Position numbers and translations under genes: made by a program. DNA of 64,000 bases from assembly GCA_965222225.1 (NCBI GenBank), contig CBDCTK010000002.1:3328001-3392000 (forward strand). The letters are read 5' to 3'. The notes under the pieces are model-generated. The model was not told the origin of the DNA. It saw only the letters and a program-made list of their open reading frames with translations, and did not search any database. This DNA is from Candidatus Poribacteria bacterium. GTDB taxonomy: Bacteria; Poribacteria; WGA-4E; JAJDTR01. Below, one piece after another: positions 1 through 8,898 of this stretch (the stretch's first letter is position 1; every line of letters starts with the position of its first letter).

Positions 1-40
1 ATCCACGTTTCTACACACCCGTCGCGTCGCTGGTGCTTTC

Positions 41-69
41 AAAGGCTGGTGCGCAGTGCGCACCCTACA
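41..69 (-). repeat. Intact GTAG-type REP-like hairpin (GTAGGGTGCGCACTGCGCACCAGCCTTT)
   Basis: GTAG tetramer followed by an imperfect palindrome. A near-identical intact copy is at 8790-8818, and interrupted or partial copies are at ~2927-2982, 5440-5503, 20309-20372 and ~52576-52596. Confidence 0.7.
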
Positions 70-149
70 AGATGGCAATTCAGTATTGTACTTTTGTACA
101 AAGTCTAGCTTAAGTTTTATCAGCGATACAGCCAAAACAAATCCACGGA

Positions 150-497
150 CTAAACGTAAGGCACAATCCAATGTAAGAGCGTATCAATCAGCGAAATCAG
201 AAAGGCGGCGATGAGGGTATCAAACAGTCCTTTTACCTCAAACTCCGAAATCAATTTGTCGGTCAACCACAGCAGAAAAGCATTAATCACAAAATAGAAT
301 AGACCGAATGTCAAGAATATCAAGGGTAGCGAAAGGAAAACCAGGATTTGCGTTAGCAATAGTTTCAGGATCCCGTATACGAAGGCAACAAAGACCGCCG
401 TCGCGAACCCCTTGATGCGCACGGATGGCAGAATGCGCGTCACGACAAAAACAGATACGCTAAGAGTGAACCAGTTGAGTAACCATGTCACAAGCAT
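150..497 (-). CDS. Phage holin family / YvlD-like small membrane protein
   Basis: 115 aa with four hydrophobic segments and an LSLPLIFLTFGLFYFVINAFLL motif typical of YvlD/DUF360 4-TM proteins. Confidence 0.75.
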   Translation of the reverse strand: MLVTWLLNWFTLSVSVFVVTRILPSVRIKGFATAVFVAFVYGILKLLLTQILVFLSLPLIFLTFGLFYFVINAFLLWLTDKLISEFEVKGLFDTLIAAFLISLIDTLLHWIVPYV

Positions 498-553
498 AGA
501 ATTTTTCCGGTTCTTCGTTGGCTCGTGTCAGATGAAGGTGCAAAGGGAACTTG

Positions 554-587
554 AGAAACCGAGTTTTGAAGAAAAAACTCGGTTTCT
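554..587. repeat. Dispersed palindromic repeat GAAACCGAGTTTT-n-AAAACTCGGTTTC
   Basis: Perfect inverted arms. Further copies at 2718-2749 and 62860-62891, all intergenic. Confidence 0.75.
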
Positions 588-617
588 TGCACGGTTTCTT
601 AACATGAGCGTTTTCGT

Positions 618-1421
618 TTATTTTCCAAACCGCCGCTGGCGTTTGCTGTAATCGCGGATGGCACGGAGAAAGTCGATTTTTCTGAACGAAGGCCAAAAAG
701 TATCGCAAAAATAGAATTCCGAATACGCGCTCTGCCATAGGAGAAAACCTCCGAGTCGTACCTCGCCGCTGGTACGGATGATCAGATCCGGGTCCGGCAG
801 ATTGGAGGTATAGAGGTGCGGCGTAATCCGATCAACGCTCAATTCGTCAGCGACCTGCGCCAGATCCTTGCCTGCAGTCAGCTCCGCGTTCAAATGCTCT
901 CGACATGCCTCAATAATCTCCTCCCGTCCGCCATAGGCAACAGCCACATTCAGTATGAATTTGTCGTAATCCTTAGTGGCTTCCTCCGCGGCGCGGATAG
1001 CTTCTTGAAGACTCTTTGGCAGAAGTTCAATCTCGCCCATTGCGCGGACTTTAATCTGGTTGGTGTGTAACCCCTTGATAGTGACCAAATCTCGCATCTT
1101 TTTCTCAATTAGGTTCAAGATGCTGGTTACTTCAGACTTTTCTCGTTTGAAGTTATCCAGCGAAAAGATCCAGATGGAGAAAATCTTGACTCCCATTTCG
1201 TCGCACCAGTGGAGCACGTCTTCAAGTTTGTCCGCTCCGTCATAGTGGCCTCGAATTAAATCCGCGAAGCCGTTCTTCACGGCATAGCGACGGTTTCCAT
1301 CAAGGACAACTCCAATGTGGTACGGGATTTTCCAATGACTTGCTTCCCTTTCCAACCGCCGCTGATACATGTTGTAGAATACTTTTTTTACGCTTCCTTT
1401 AATGAAAGTCCACGGATTCAT
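618..1421 (-). CDS. uppS: cis-prenyltransferase (undecaprenyl/polyprenyl diphosphate synthase)
   Basis: HIGVVLDGNRRYA, AYGGREEI, DPDLIIRTSGEVRLGGFLLWQSAYSEFYF and RQRRFGK motifs. Confidence 0.92.
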   Translation of the reverse strand: MNPWTFIKGSVKKVFYNMYQRRLEREASHWKIPYHIGVVLDGNRRYAVKNGFADLIRGHYDGADKLEDVLHWCDEMGVKIFSIWIFSLDNFKREKSEVTSILNLIEKKMRDLVTIKGLHTNQIKVRAMGEIELLPKSLQEAIRAAEEATKDYDKFILNVAVAYGGREEIIEACREHLNAELTAGKDLAQVADELSVDRITPHLYTSNLPDPDLIIRTSGEVRLGGFLLWQSAYSEFYFCDTFWPSFRKIDFLRAIRDYSKRQRRFGK

Positions 1422-1555
1422 AACGAAACCTCTTCACGTTTTCCCGTATCAACGGGATAACACCATAATCTAGAATGAATGCATTTGGGCGATTAAATCA
1501 TTTACAAACGTGCCTTTTATCCGTTCGTCATCATAATCACCGCACTACATTTAGT

Positions 1556-2599
1556 TAGGAGTTACGCAGTTGGCTGAAGCGTATAAAGAGGTTGTGCCAA
1601 ATAAGCCCGTACCGCATCTCTGACAATAGAGAGTTTTGCATCAAACCAACTGATACCGGTATGATAGCAATAGTGCTCAATTCTCAGAAAGGCTCTCAGC
1701 GCTAAACCGATATGATTTCTTTGAGTGCGAGCAGAGCGCACTTGTGCGCGTTCAATGCCAACAAATTGCTTAATCCCGCGATGATATTCTTCTATTGTCC
1801 AAGACCATTCGGCATATTTGAGACGCGTCAATTCGTCCATCTGTAAATCATTCGTTGCCCAATATTCAATGTCACCTTCTGGAGTGTCAACCTTAAATAC
1901 TCGAATCAATCCATAGCCTTTGAGATGGACAATTGTACCTGTTGATTCACTCGGAAGCGTACTCACCGGACGGTTACCGGAATAATCTTTACTGACAAGT
2001 CGGTTGGCAGCTAGACGAGTAAGCCACTTCCAACCATGACCTCGCACCGCTTTTAGATTCTTTAGACTGGCATACCAACTATCAAAACACACACATTCAG
2101 GAGCAAAACCGCGTGTTTTCGCTTCTTCAAGCATGGCGCGGAAATGCTCATTCTTCGTCAAGCCGTCTTTGGCTTTATCATAGATTCGATAATCACACGG
2201 AATATGTCTATCGCCATCCGTCCGGAGCAAAGTGACCAAGTTAATCCCATTCACAACTCGGTGGTGTTTCCCTGACCAGTGTTTTGTCACGAGTTCAATC
2301 TTTTGTGAATAAGGTTTATCCAGAGTCGAGTCATCTATAACTAAAATTCCGGATTCTAATTTCACCTGATTTCTCGATTCTTGCCACAGTTTGCCAGTAT
2401 CGGGTTCCTCTCGATGCAAGAGCCGTGTTATCGAATCGTGAGCCGGAGGATTATCAGCTTGGGGTTGAACTTTTTCCGATTCAAGACAACTGTAACTTTT
2501 CTGAGCGGCTACCAAGAAATCAATATAGTCAGTGTCAGTATATTTAGGGGGATTCATACTCAAATTATAACCTATTTTCACTCAACTGCGTAACTCCTA
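1556..2599 (-). mobile_element. IS701-family insertion sequence, copy 1 (1044 bp)
   Basis: 17-bp terminal inverted repeats TAGGAGTTACGCAGTTG and a 5-bp target duplication TTAGT at 1551-1555 and 2600-2604. Confidence 0.92.
1562..2581 (-). CDS. IS701-family DDE transposase (likely start ATG at 2557)
   Basis: LVIDDSTLDKPY, FDSWY and WTIEEYHRGIKQ DDE motifs. Has R where copy 2 has W (nt 2224). Confidence 0.9.
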   Translation of the reverse strand: MKIGYNLSMNPPKYTDTDYIDFLVAAQKSYSCLESEKVQPQADNPPAHDSITRLLHREEPDTGKLWQESRNQVKLESGILVIDDSTLDKPYSQKIELVTKHWSGKHHRVVNGINLVTLLRTDGDRHIPCDYRIYDKAKDGLTKNEHFRAMLEEAKTRGFAPECVCFDSWYASLKNLKAVRGHGWKWLTRLAANRLVSKDYSGNRPVSTLPSESTGTIVHLKGYGLIRVFKVDTPEGDIEYWATNDLQMDELTRLKYAEWSWTIEEYHRGIKQFVGIERAQVRSARTQRNHIGLALRAFLRIEHYCYHTGISWFDAKLSIVRDAVRAYLAQPLYTLQPTA

Positions 2600-2936
2600 T
2601 TAGTATTATAACATTGAGAAGTCCCTTGGGAAAAGCAAAACATTGCCCAGCCCCAACACAGCCACTCCCGATTTTGGAACTGTGGCGGTCTTCGATTACA
2701 AAATCGCCGATTCCCTTGAAACTAAGTTTTTTCTTGAAAACTCAGTTTCTTTGAACGTGCAGCATTCCGGTAGGAGCAATCGCAAAGCGCGATTCTCGTC
2801 GGCTTTTAGCTTTATTTTCTCTTTTGCCCAAATCAATTGAGGTAACAAACTCTCAGGGCAATCTTATCATTTAGGGGACGGCCCTGTGCCGTCCTATGAT
2901 TTTAGCACCCTCCCCTAGCTGTCCCGAAGGCTGGTG

Positions 2937-2971
2937 GGATTTCTATCGCAGTCATTATTCATTCCTTTGAT
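2937..2971 (-). repeat. 35-nt covarying GA-hairpin element inserted in a REP
   Basis: + strand GGATTTCTATCGCAGTCATTATTCATTCCTTTGAT lies between the REP halves GGCTGGTG and CGCACCCTACA. Confidence 0.85.
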
Positions 2972-3013
2972 CGCACCCTACAACGGCTTGATTGTGCCTT
3001 ACAACAACTGAAT

Positions 3014-4813
3014 TTACACTCTCACGACGGGGTTGCGGTGGAATTTGCGGGCGGCGGACAGGTTTACCCGCTGCTGTGCGGTGGTCGTGATGCGAGCGCG
3101 GCAGGCGCCTTGGACGGCGTCGGGGGCGTCGTTGTGATCCGCTGTCGGGAACTGGCGGAACTGCTTCCAGAACTCGCCGGGTAAGTCGCGCTCATTGAAC
3201 GCTAACCATCCGTTAGCTATAGCAGGCTCGAGCGTGGCGATCCGGTCTTCTTTGTTCTGGTGCTGCTCATGATATATAATCGCGCGGTCATACCGATGCC
3301 GCTCTTTCATCGTACGGAACGCGGCGTCGGTTGACATCTTGATGGTGCCGTCTTTGTCAGGCCGCTGTTCGCAAACGAAGTTGGATTTCGGGTACGCTGG
3401 CGCCAACATCGCCTCGGCTCGCTGTGCCAGCAAAATAGCGTTCTCCATCTGCTCCGTCAACGCCACACGCTCCATCCAAGCGAGCATGACGTATCCGTTC
3501 ACGCCGGAAAGCGAATCGGGATTCATTGATTGACCCCCAAGAAGCGGTTCCCAGGCGATCACGACAGCGCAGGCGAAACTGTTGTCCGCCGCATCGCGTC
3601 CGCCCATGGTGTCAAGGTATGTCGTGAACCCGCCTATATCGTGCCACGGAACGACACGCTCATCATTCCGCCGAAAACCTTCATCGGTCACGGCGAATGT
3701 CATCGCGTTATCCATATCGAATAGTGACATCGACGGATCACGCGCGTCGTTCTGGAGCTCGCGCATGACAGAATGATAGCCGCGCTCGACGACTTCTTTC
3801 CGCACGGTGAGATAAGGCAATTCCGATTTCCAGAGCATCTGGACGCCGGAGCTCATTTCTTTCTCATGGAGCTGGTAGAATCCGTTAGCGTTCTGCTCGC
3901 GTTCGGAATCGTCTAGCGTGGTGTCGCTATAGAAGCGCTCCCACTGTTTCCAGAAGCGCTCGGCAGTGGGGTGATAGATGTCTTTGGGATATGTGACGGC
4001 TTCGAAGCGCAACGTCTCCCAACCAGGGACAGTGCGGAGGTGCTCGGAGAGCGATTCGGGGTGTTTGACAGTATCAACTATCATCGTGTTGGAGTGTTTG
4101 CTCCCCAAGTCACCGGCGTACATAAGATCCGTCATGAACCAATCCCTATCTTCCTCACGCAAATCCGGATTCAGACATCGCTTCGGATCTTCGATATCGT
4201 CGCACAGTTTCAACGTCGGCCGGACATCGCCGATGAGCGCGCCGCGGGGGGAGGAGCCGCGTCCGAGGGGTCTCAACCCCACGCCGTTACTGGTGTCGGT
4301 CTCGGTCTTTGACCACGGATCGCCGACCAAGTCGCCAAAATCTTGGCGGATGAGGGGGTTGCGTTCAAGCACCTGGCGGATCTCGGTTATGCGTTGGCGC
4401 GCCATGCGTTCGTTGCGACCGACAATGAGGATAAACTCCTCCGGCTGCCTATCCATGGCGATATCGAAGTCCTTGTAGCAAATGCGCCAGATAGGGATAA
4501 GCCGGTTGACAAGGGTGGTCTTGCCGGTGCCGCGCGGTGCTTGGACATTTATCTGTTTCCCATAATCACCGGGCTTTATCGTGTTCAGTATTTCAATATG
4601 GAAATCCATTATTTGGTCTATGCGATAGCTGATACCCGCGATGTAGAACCAGATGAATAGCTCGGGGAAGACATAACCGGCGTGGGCTGTGAGAAGGCGA
4701 TAACCCTCCTCATCCTTCCGATTTTTTGTTTCCTCGATCCAATCTTCTGTGGCGTCGAAGCCTATCAATTGCAGCTCGCTGATTAGAGGGACTGATGGAA
4801 CGATGGTGTTCAT
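3014..4813 (-). CDS. Phage terminase large subunit-like protein
   Basis: Walker A APRGTGKT, Walker B-like LCDDIEDP, ELQN motif, and a C-terminal RNase H-like nuclease with KEDRI and FPTADHNDAPDA motifs. Confidence 0.82.
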   Translation of the reverse strand: MNTIVPSVPLISELQLIGFDATEDWIEETKNRKDEEGYRLLTAHAGYVFPELFIWFYIAGISYRIDQIMDFHIEILNTIKPGDYGKQINVQAPRGTGKTTLVNRLIPIWRICYKDFDIAMDRQPEEFILIVGRNERMARQRITEIRQVLERNPLIRQDFGDLVGDPWSKTETDTSNGVGLRPLGRGSSPRGALIGDVRPTLKLCDDIEDPKRCLNPDLREEDRDWFMTDLMYAGDLGSKHSNTMIVDTVKHPESLSEHLRTVPGWETLRFEAVTYPKDIYHPTAERFWKQWERFYSDTTLDDSEREQNANGFYQLHEKEMSSGVQMLWKSELPYLTVRKEVVERGYHSVMRELQNDARDPSMSLFDMDNAMTFAVTDEGFRRNDERVVPWHDIGGFTTYLDTMGGRDAADNSFACAVVIAWEPLLGGQSMNPDSLSGVNGYVMLAWMERVALTEQMENAILLAQRAEAMLAPAYPKSNFVCEQRPDKDGTIKMSTDAAFRTMKERHRYDRAIIYHEQHQNKEDRIATLEPAIANGWLAFNERDLPGEFWKQFRQFPTADHNDAPDAVQGACRARITTTAQQRVNLSAARKFHRNPVVRV

Positions 4814-5243
4814 CTGTTAGTTTCGCCGCTTCGTGGTGCGCTACGTCCTTGACCGGATAGATAGAGCGAGACACGGCAAGCAGGTCGTGGGCGTTGTCAA
4901 TGGAGATGTCGCGTGCACCACGGCGAACTTTTTCGACAAGCTCCAGGATTGCCGTGGAAGCCTTGCCAGCCGTGGCTTGAAGCAATGCGCGACGTTCTTC
5001 GTTAAAGTTCGCTAAAGTTCGTGCGTATATATCACGCCATTTTTTTGAAAAGCGCGTGGACCCCGGGTTAGAAAGTAATGATGCATCAGTAAATTTCTTG
5101 CGGTCAATGTGTTTCCACTTCGGATATTTTTCTATCCATGAATTGACAATCTGCGAGGTCGTCCAGCCATCGTATACACGCCGCCGGATGCCTTCAGCGT
5201 GATCTTCGTCAAATATTTTGAATTTGTCGCTTGTTGTTGCCAT
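4710..5243 (-). CDS. Putative terminase small subunit, or the N-terminal part of a frameshifted TerS-TerL fusion
   Basis: Basic helical ORF directly upstream of terL with a 104-nt overlap. Assignment is by position only. Confidence 0.45.
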   Translation of the reverse strand: MATTSDKFKIFDEDHAEGIRRRVYDGWTTSQIVNSWIEKYPKWKHIDRKKFTDASLLSNPGSTRFSKKWRDIYARTLANFNEERRALLQATAGKASTAILELVEKVRRGARDISIDNAHDLLAVSRSIYPVKDVAHHEAAKLTDEHHRSISPSNQRAAIDRLRRHRRLDRGNKKSEG

Positions 5244-5337
5244 GTTAATTGCGCAAAGATTTAAGTGGTTTATTTTCTAAGAGTCTATGGTAAGTGCTGG
5301 GGAACGGTTTGTAACATTGTCTGAACTGTGATTCATG

Positions 5338-5634
5338 GGATCTGTATCGAACTCACTCATCAGTCGTTTGATCTCATTTGATCCTCATTCAGTCGTGTGA
5401 TTGTTCGTTATTCACTGACTTGATTCCTCCGGCAAATCAAAAGGCTGGTAGGATTTCTATCGCGCTCATTATTCATTCGCTTGATCGCAGTGCGCACCCT
5501 ACAGGGATTTCTATCGCGCGTGCTATAGGATTTACTATGGGAGTTCTATCGGGATTTACTATCGCACAGGATTTGCTATCGCGCTCCCTGTTCAGTCGCT
5601 TGATCGTTATTCACTCGTTTGATTCGTCCTACAG
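5338..5634 (-). repeat. Cluster of nested 35-nt GA-hairpin elements and REP fragments
   Basis: Full units at 5451-5485 and 5569-5604, with stacked left halves (GGATTT.CTATC) and right halves (..TTGAT). Confidence 0.85.
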
Positions 5635-5659
5635 TGGTTGTTTGGCGGACAGATGGAAC

Positions 5660-5809
5660 AAAAAAAGCCCGTCAGCGGTGTCAGTAAAAAGCAGTGGTTA
5701 GTGACCAGCCGCCAGTGACCAGTAAAAGCCAAGATATTCTCTTGGTGTTACTGACCACTAACCACTGACCACAAGCCACCGGGTTTCACAGACTTCCACT
5801 AGCGGGCTT
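5660..5809 (-). terminator. Long hairpin with U-tract (possible terminator/attenuator) containing heptamer repeats
   Basis: Minus strand AAGCCCGCTAGTGG...CCGCTGACGGGCTTTTTTT. The loop carries inverted GTGGTCA/TGACCAC-type heptamers. Confidence 0.5.
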
Positions 5810-5929
5810 GCCTCAGTTGCGATTTTAGTGCAACGCGGTTTGCGTTGTTTTAGGTACGGCGGCCCGCGCGCGCCTTGTCATATAGATGGCTGCGGAGCGG
5901 ACCAATGCCGCGAGGTGCAACAATGGGGA

Positions 5930-5958
5930 ATTATATCATGTTAGGGCCGATATGTCAA
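5930..5958 (-). promoter_or_regulatory. Consensus sigma70 promoter
   Basis: TTGACA (5958-5953), 17 bp, then TATAAT (5935-5930) with a TG extension. Confidence 0.8.
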
Positions 5959-6053
5959 GTGTTAATATGTTTTTAACATTGGGGAAGGCAGTGAGGAGTG
6001 GAGAAGGACAGAAAACGGGGAAACGAGAAGGGGGGAAGTTGGGGGAGGTGAGG

Positions 6054-6134
6054 GGATTGTCTATCGCAGTCGCTATTCGCTCCTTTGATCGTTTGATCTT
6101 ATTCGGTCACTTGATCTTTGTTCAGTCGCCTGAG
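6054..6134 (-). repeat. 35-nt GA-hairpin element plus stacked right halves
   Basis: Full unit at 6054-6089 followed by ..TTGATC fragments. Confidence 0.8.
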
Positions 6135-6376
6135 TGTTATTCATCTCCGAGACGAGATAGACTGTACCTTTGGATTTTCGAGCATGCTCGACCACATCGT
6201 TGGCGCAGCCCCAATATGCAACTAAAACGGCATTGCGCGTGCAGACCCAAGACTTGGCCCTTGTTGTAGCACGACATCAAACGTCCAAGCCTAGCTTACT
6301 TCCGGGTGGTTGAGATATCAGGTTTTTTGTCACGCTCCAGCTTAATAACTCTGTGTTCGTTGAATTGAAAATAGGG

Positions 6377-6421
6377 TTGATTTTCGTCCTATTATGTCTT
6401 ATAATTCTTGTTATAAGATGT
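6377..6421 (+). promoter_or_regulatory. sigma70-like promoter overlapped by an inverted repeat
   Basis: TTGATT-17-TATAAT (6377-6405), with the palindrome TCTTATAA-ttcttg-TTATAAGA over the -10 box. Confidence 0.55.
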
Positions 6422-6488
6422 ACGACCTCCCGGCGAGGTTTACTTTTTTAACTAGCAAATTCAAAAAAAAACGAGGAGTGCTTCACTT

Positions 6489-7481
6489 ATGGCAAACAGG
6501 ACAAAGAAGAGCATGGAACTGAGAAACGATCAGATTATCTTTCGATTCCCGGAGGTATACGGATATGCCGAGTTAGCGATTGAGTTCCAGCGGACGCTGC
6601 GGATTCCGGATGATAACCGGCACTATTATTTGCCGCCGGGGCTGGGGAAATTTCCGCTGAGTCGTGTAGACGACTACCCGGATAACTTACCGAAAACGTG
6701 GAGCAAACATGGCGGGGTGTTCACGCCAATGTATCAAGCAGAGGCGATGTGGATCTGTTTCCACGGCGACTATCCGATGGCGGTGAAGATAGCGGCGGGC
6801 AAGGTCAATACGGTTACCGGGGAGGCATGGGAGGAGGAGCTCAGCGGGGAGCCGCAGGATTACTTGGTGGTGCCGGGTCAACCGTGGTTGGACGGGTTCT
6901 GCGTGGAGAAGGGTTTGATTCGGCAGTTTGTGGCGATGCCGCTGGGAGAGGGCTACACGGCGGAGGAACAGCTTACAGGCGAGGCGGAGCACGGCGGGCT
7001 TCAGATTGCTGTTTATCCGATGAAGCGGTCGATATACGACGAACTGCCACTTGATAAGAACCTGAGCAGAGCAGAATACTATGTACTTCGCGAGGAACCT
7101 CAGATGGGGTTGGCGCCGGGCGGTCTTATGCGGCAAGAGATTTTTGAGGACGAACACGGCATCGATGCATGGGACACTTCGAGCGGCTCGCGTTGTTTCG
7201 TTCATATCGTGAATAGCGTGGAGCTCCTCAAAGTGACGGGTTGCGAGCCGCTAGGGAAGCCGCCGACGGCTCAGGATTACACAAACGCGAAACTGCCTTG
7301 GTACGATTACTACGGGGGCGATTTGAAGGCGGTGCAAGGGGCTAAGAAGCTAGCGGAACTGGACAGCGTTGCGGCTGTTAAACTAAAGAAGGGGGAGGGT
7401 TTTCTGCCGGACAACGATCCGGTGACGCCGGCAGTGGTGAAGAGATTGAGCCGATCGGTGGTCAGGGAGGGTGTATTCTAA
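6489..7481 (+). CDS. Conserved hypothetical protein (FQRTLRIPD...LPPGLGxFPL family)
   Basis: 330-aa ORF with RBS GAGGAG. Motifs FQRTLRIPDD, PMYQAEAMW, QPWLDG and RQFVAMPLGEGYT recall a family of unknown function found in bacteria and fungi. Confidence 0.75.
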   Translation: MANRTKKSMELRNDQIIFRFPEVYGYAELAIEFQRTLRIPDDNRHYYLPPGLGKFPLSRVDDYPDNLPKTWSKHGGVFTPMYQAEAMWICFHGDYPMAVKIAAGKVNTVTGEAWEEELSGEPQDYLVVPGQPWLDGFCVEKGLIRQFVAMPLGEGYTAEEQLTGEAEHGGLQIAVYPMKRSIYDELPLDKNLSRAEYYVLREEPQMGLAPGGLMRQEIFEDEHGIDAWDTSSGSRCFVHIVNSVELLKVTGCEPLGKPPTAQDYTNAKLPWYDYYGGDLKAVQGAKKLAELDSVAAVKLKKGEGFLPDNDPVTPAVVKRLSRSVVREGVF

Positions 7482-7621
7482 GGTAGGTCGAGATTCCTCG
7501 ACACTGGCTGTAGGTAACGACGTTCGTGTTGCCATGTTCACTTGGCGTGCCAGCGATGCTGGAAGGCTTGGGCGGTCGATAAATATGGCAACCGTGGCGT
7601 AAATCTAACGAGGGTTTTATC

Positions 7622-8533
7622 ATGAAGCAGGGGAAGGAATTGGACAGGAGTTTGCGAATCGCCGCGGGTACGGGGGAGGAGATTCGGGCGGAGGTGTCGG
7701 ATAACACGCTCAAGGCGTATGAGCACGCGACCCGCAAGCTGGAAGCTTGGCTAGACGGACGTACCCTAACCGATGCGGTGTTGGCGGAATATATCAGGTT
7801 TCTGTATGCACAGGGGAAATCGCCGGCTACAATCAATCTAGTCGTTTCCGCGGTGAAGTGGATGGCTGAGTACCGTGCGGTTGGCAATGTGGTTGGGGAC
7901 ATGACCGCGCGCGCATTGTCGAGAATCCGCGGCGAAGGTAAAGAGCGCGGGCGCCGCCAGGTAGACGGACTTACGTGGCACGAAGTGGAGCGGGTGTGCG
8001 CGGCGGCGGAATCGTCAGATACCGCGGCGGGCACCCGTGATGCCGCCATGATTAGCCTGATGAGCGATTGCCTGCTGCGTATCTCGGAGGCGGTCGCTGT
8101 GGATGTCGAGGATGTTAAGGACGAAGGGCTTCAGGTGCACGGCAAAAACGCAGACGAGGAGCAGCGGGGCGAAGTCCTGTATATCTGCGAATCGACACGG
8201 CGGTTGATAGAGCGGTATCGAACGAGAGCAGGGATTGCGTCGGGGGCTCTGTTTCGGCGGATTCGCTTCCAGAATCATGTCACTGAAAATCGGCTGGGTG
8301 TGAAGGGGGCACGTGGAGCGATACAGCGGCGGGCGGCGGAAGCGGGAATAGAGGGATCTATCAGTGGACATTCACTTCGTATCGGTTCCGCTGTATCGCT
8401 TGCAGAGGCCGGGGCAAGTGTGAAGGAGGTGCAACGGGCGGGGCGTTGGCAGAACCCGACGATGCCGGCGCGGTATGTGAGGGAAGCGCCGACGGAACGG
8501 AGCCCTGTGGAGCGGTATAAGGATGGGAAGTGA
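7622..8533 (+). CDS. Tyrosine recombinase, Cre-like
   Basis: N-terminal SAM-like domain, LLRISE (R), GHSLR (HxxR), GRW and MPARY (catalytic Y). Confidence 0.88.
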   Translation: MKQGKELDRSLRIAAGTGEEIRAEVSDNTLKAYEHATRKLEAWLDGRTLTDAVLAEYIRFLYAQGKSPATINLVVSAVKWMAEYRAVGNVVGDMTARALSRIRGEGKERGRRQVDGLTWHEVERVCAAAESSDTAAGTRDAAMISLMSDCLLRISEAVAVDVEDVKDEGLQVHGKNADEEQRGEVLYICESTRRLIERYRTRAGIASGALFRRIRFQNHVTENRLGVKGARGAIQRRAAEAGIEGSISGHSLRIGSAVSLAEAGASVKEVQRAGRWQNPTMPARYVREAPTERSPVERYKDGK

Positions 8534-8614
8534 GAAGGCGAGAGCGGAATACGACGAATTTGACCAGTATCGAATCACGCCCTACTGGCGCGAGCGGGTT
8601 CGGGACAAGAAAAA

Positions 8615-8898
8615 GGATTTCTATCGTACGCGATTTGCTATGGGAGCTCTATCGCAGTCATTATCCATTCCCTTGATCGGTCGCTATCCGTTCCCTTGAT
8701 CCTTCGCTGTTTGGTCGGTTGATCCTACTGAATCGCGACCAGGAGGTCGCTCCTACAGGACCTACACTTGCCGTCCCGCCGGGGATTTCAAAGGCTGGTG
8801 CGCGGTGCGCACCCTACAGAGTCGCGATTCGGAGATCGCTCCTACAGAGGATAGGATTTCTATCGCGCTCCTTATTCAGTCGCTTGATCGCACCCTAC
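8615..8898 (-). repeat. Cluster of 35-nt GA-hairpin elements and GTAG REPs between convergent genes
   Basis: Full units at 8643-8677 and 8854-8888, right halves at 8678-8723, and REPs at ~8731-8758, 8790-8818 and ~8821-8847. Confidence 0.85.

Noticed and set aside
5338-5634. GATC restriction-ligation or adapter artefact
   Set aside because: Copies are strictly intergenic, differ from each other by compensatory changes and sit between matching halves of host repeats. A raw-read check is still advisable.
5378-6269. ORF-track proteins 5378-5701 and 5886-6269, and similar ORFs at 8719, 22358, 52501 and 62833
   Set aside because: They are translations of repeat clusters or promoter DNA, with no RBS or family motifs.
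3014-8533. Intact prophage (terminase plus integrase)
   Set aside because: No portal, capsid, tail or replication genes were found. The holin-family gene at 150-497 is a common chromosomal YvlD type.
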